This document shows positions 58,287 to 62,729 of a stretch of 62,729 nt of DNA, piece after piece. Below the pieces are notes generated by a model. That model worked only from the letters and a program-made list of their open reading frames with translations, searched no databases and had not been told where the DNA came from. The DNA is from Reclinomonas americana ATCC 50394 (lineage: Eukaryota): contig PS015133.1 in the NCBI GenBank assembly GCA_048213135.1, forward strand, positions 2,878-65,606. The letters are read 5' to 3'. Numbering within the stretch: the first letter of the stretch is position 1; the number at the start of each line of letters is the position of its first letter. Position numbers and translations under genes: made by a program.

Positions 58287-59410
58287 ATGTCAATCAAGGT
58301 GTGGCGTGCATGTTCTTTGCTTGTGCTATGCACCTCTCTCACTGTGACACACAGGTCTTGAGAGGGCACACCGCGCCAGTGCACTGTGTTGCCGTCACTC
58401 CCGATGGTCAGCGCATTGTGAGTTGCGGTCGAGACAGCACCGTGCGTGTGTGGTCTCTGGCGAGTGGAGCGCAAGTGCAGCAGTTCGAGGGACACAGAGG
58501 GTGGGTGAACTCTGTCGCTGTCGCACCCGACGGTCAGCACGTTGTCAGTGGCGGTGATGACAAGACCGTGCGTGTGTGGTCACTGGCGAGTGGGGAGGAG
58601 GTGCTACAGATGGAGGAACACGCTCAGTATGTGAACTCTGTTGCCATCACTCCCGACGGCAAGCTCATTGTGAGCGGGAGCGCTGACCGGACTGTGCGCG
58701 TGTGGTCCATGGCAAGTGGTGAGGAATTGCGAGTGTTGGATGGACACGCATATGCGGTGCAGTGTGTCGCCATCACGCCCGACGGCCAGTACGCTGTGAG
58801 TGGGGGTGACGACTTTGTACTGCTCGTGTGGCCACTGCTGTCACGTGATGAGGCGGTACGGCGGTTGGAGGGACACGCGAGTTACACGGAGTCCATCGCC
58901 GTCTCCCCCGACGGGTGTCACGTTGTGAATGCGGGCAACGACGGCGTGGTGCGTGTGTGGTCGCTGGCGAGCGAAAAGGAGGTGCGGCGACTGTACGAAC
59001 ACACTGGCGCGGTACACGCTCTCGCTTTCACTCCCGACGGCCAGTACTTTGTGAGTGCAGGTTTGGACAGAACAATACGCATGTGGTCGCTGGCGAGTGG
59101 GGAGGAGGTGCGACGGTTGGAGGGGCACGCTGATTGGGTACAGTCTGTCGCCATCACTCGCAACGGCCAGCACATTGTCAGTGGCAGTCGTGACGACACG
59201 GTGCGTGTGTGGTCGAGTGCATGCGGCATTGCTTGCTTGGAGCTCGACTGCGTACGATCGGGGTTGTTGGCCGTGCAGGAGATGCAAGATGAAGAGGAGG
59301 GCGCGGAGGATTCGCGGTGCCTGCCCGAGCTGGTACTGCGTTGTTTCATCGTCGAGGAGGCCGAGGTCGTGGTGCATCGGTGCCTTGTTGATCCTGACTT
59401 GTCTTGGTGA
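58287..59410 (+). CDS. WD40-repeat protein (7 highly similar repeats plus a short C-terminal tail), 2 exons
   Basis: Exon 58287-58298 (MSIK), intron 58299-58354, exon 58355-59410. Repeats follow the pattern GH...V..VAVTPDGQ.IVSG..D.TVRVWSLASG. The start is supported by the same exon/intron layout in the adjacent paralogue. Confidence 0.9.
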
Positions 59411-59729
59411 TGGTCGGCGACAGTGTCACTCGTGTTTTCGTTTCTTTGTAACCATGCTCTTCTTGTCTCCAAGATTAGCCAGTGAGCCAACAAGGTTTGC
59501 TGCGCAGCGAAACGTGCTTCGTCGATGTTCTCCTTCACTCTTGACGGTTCATACTGTTCTGTTGCTCATTCGTTGCTGGCACGATCCTTGTTCCGATCGC
59601 TCTGCTTTACAAAGTACGCGCACTCCGCAAGCTATGTCGTACCCGTGTATTGGAGGTGGCGGGGCGAAAAAACGTCACGGAATGCGCATGACGAAGACAA
59701 TCCACCGTCCCGCACAACAAACACAGGGA

Positions 59730-61045
<1,316 letters not shown>

Positions 61046-62729
61046 ATGGCAACCAAGGTGTGGGATGTACTCGCTGCTTGTGCTGTGCACTTCTCTCACC
61101 GCGACACGCAGGTCTTGAGAGGGCACACCGCATCGGTGCTCTCTGTTGCCGTCACTCTCGATGGTCAGCGCATTGTGAGTTGCGGCCGAGACAGCACCGT
61201 GCGTGTGTGGTCACTGGCGAGTGGAGCGCAAGTGCAACAGTTCGAGGGACATACGCACGCGGTGCTCTCTGTTGCTGTCGCACCCGACGGTCAGCACGTT
61301 GTCAGTGGGGGCGACGACAAGACAGTGCGCTTGTGGTCGCTGGAGAATGGCAAAGAACTGCGACGAATGGAGGGACACACTCACTGGGTGAATACTGTCG
61401 CTGTCTCTCCCAGTGGTGAGCACATCNNNNNNNNNNNNNNNNNNNNNNNNNNNNNNNNNNNNNNNNNNNNNNNNNNNNNNNNNNNNNNNNNNNNNNNNNN
61501 NNNNNNNNNNNNNNNNNNNNNNNNNNNNNNNNNNNNNNNNNNNNNNNNNNNNNNNNNNNNNNNNNNNNNNNNNNNNNNNNNNNNNNNNNNNNNNNNNNNN
61601 NNNNNNNNNNNNNNNNNNNNNNNNNNNNNNNNNNNNNNNNNNNNNNNNNNNNNNNNNNNNNNNNNNNNNNNNNNNNNNNNNNNNNNNNNNNNNNNNNNNN
61701 NNNNNNNNNNNNNNNNNNNNNNNNNNNNNNNNNNNNNNNNNNNNNNNNNNNNNNNNNNNNNNNNNNNNNNNNNNNNNNNNNNNNNNNNNNNNNNNNNNNN
61801 NNNNNNNNNNNNNNNNNNNNNNNNNNNNNNNNNNNNNNNNNNNNNNNNNNNNNNNNNNNNNNNNNNNNNNNNNNNNNNNNNNNNNNNNNNNNNNNNNNNN
61901 NNNNNNNNNNNNNNNNNNNNNNNNNNNNNNNNNNNNNNNNNNNNNNNNNNNNNNNNNNNNNNNNNNNNNNNNNNNNNNNNNNNNNNNNNNNNNNNNNNNN
62001 NNNNNNNNNNNNNNNNNNNNNNNNNNNNNNNNNNNNNNNNNNNNNNNNNNNNNNNNNNNNNNNNNNNNNNNNNNNNNNNNNNNNNNNNNNNNNNNNNNNN
62101 NNNNNNNNNNNNNNNNNNNNNNNNNNNNNNNNNNNNNNNNNNNNNNNNNNNNNNNNNNNNNNNNNNNNNNNNNNNNNNNNNNNNNNNNNNNNNNNNNNNN
62201 NNNNNNNNNNNNNNNNNNNNNNNNNNNNNNNNNNNNNNNNNNNNNNNNNNNNNNNNNNNNNNNNNNNNNNNNNGCGAGTGGGAGTTATGACAACACTGTG
62301 CGCGTGTGGTTACTGGAGAGTGGAGAGCAAGTGCGACGGCTGGAGGGACACTCTGCAACAGTGCACTCCGTATTTTTCGCCCGCAACAATCAGCACATTG
62401 TGAGTGGCAGCGGTGATGGCGCTGTGCTCGTGTGGTCTGCGGCAAGTGGCGAGCAAGTGCGACGGTTGACTGGGCGGACTGGCACAGTGTTGTCTGTCGC
62501 CATCACCGTCGACGGTCAACACATGGTCAGCGGGAGTGTGGACAAGACCATACTCGTGTGGTCCATGGTGAGTGGCAAGGAAGTGCGACGGTTGGAGGGA
62601 CACGATGGAGCGGTGTGGTCTGTCGCTGTCACTCCCGATGGTCAGCACGTTGTGAGCGGCAGTGATGACAAGACTGTACGCGTGTGGTCGCTGGCGAGTG
62701 GGGAAGAGGTGCGACAGTTGGAGGGACAC
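61046..62729 (+). CDS. Second WD40-repeat protein, tandem paralogue, gapped and 3'-partial
   Basis: Exon 61046-61057 (MATK), intron 61058-61111, then VLRGHTASVLSVAVTLDGQRIVSCGRDSTVRVWSLASGAQVQQFEGH, near-identical to the first copy. More WD40 repeats are in frame from 62274 to the window end; the segment after the gap could belong to a third copy. Confidence 0.85.

Overview
Intron-rich, GC-rich eukaryotic (protist-like) draft genomic sequence. It has many N-gaps, (CA)n/(GA)n microsatellites and intronic minisatellites; the organism cannot be named from sequence alone. Splicing exons by hand gives about 14 genes. These are a NACHT/STAND NTPase-pentapeptide-WD40 protein, a PH-BEACH-coiled-coil protein, a sterol desaturase/fatty-acid hydroxylase, a NYN(LabA/DUF88)-RRM-RRM-UBA-like protein, an SLC49/FLVCR-like MFS transporter, a PUF60-like splicing factor, a molybdopterin-binding/CinA-like protein, an RCC1-repeat protein, a RING-TRAF-SPRY-like protein, two tandem WD40 paralogues, a small membrane selenoprotein candidate and two hypothetical genes. 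Two signals are not visible in the ORF track. (1) A five-exon minus-strand gene (36990-35423) has an in-frame TGA and a canonical-looking SECIS hairpin in its 3' UTR, so it is a probable membrane selenoprotein (MSP-like). (2) An atypical 5' splice site, GTTGCGY (+5 is C, not G), is used by at least 17 frame-verified introns in 9 genes and looks like the common GTGCGY donor shifted by one nucleotide. All family assignments come from motifs recognised by eye; no searches were run.
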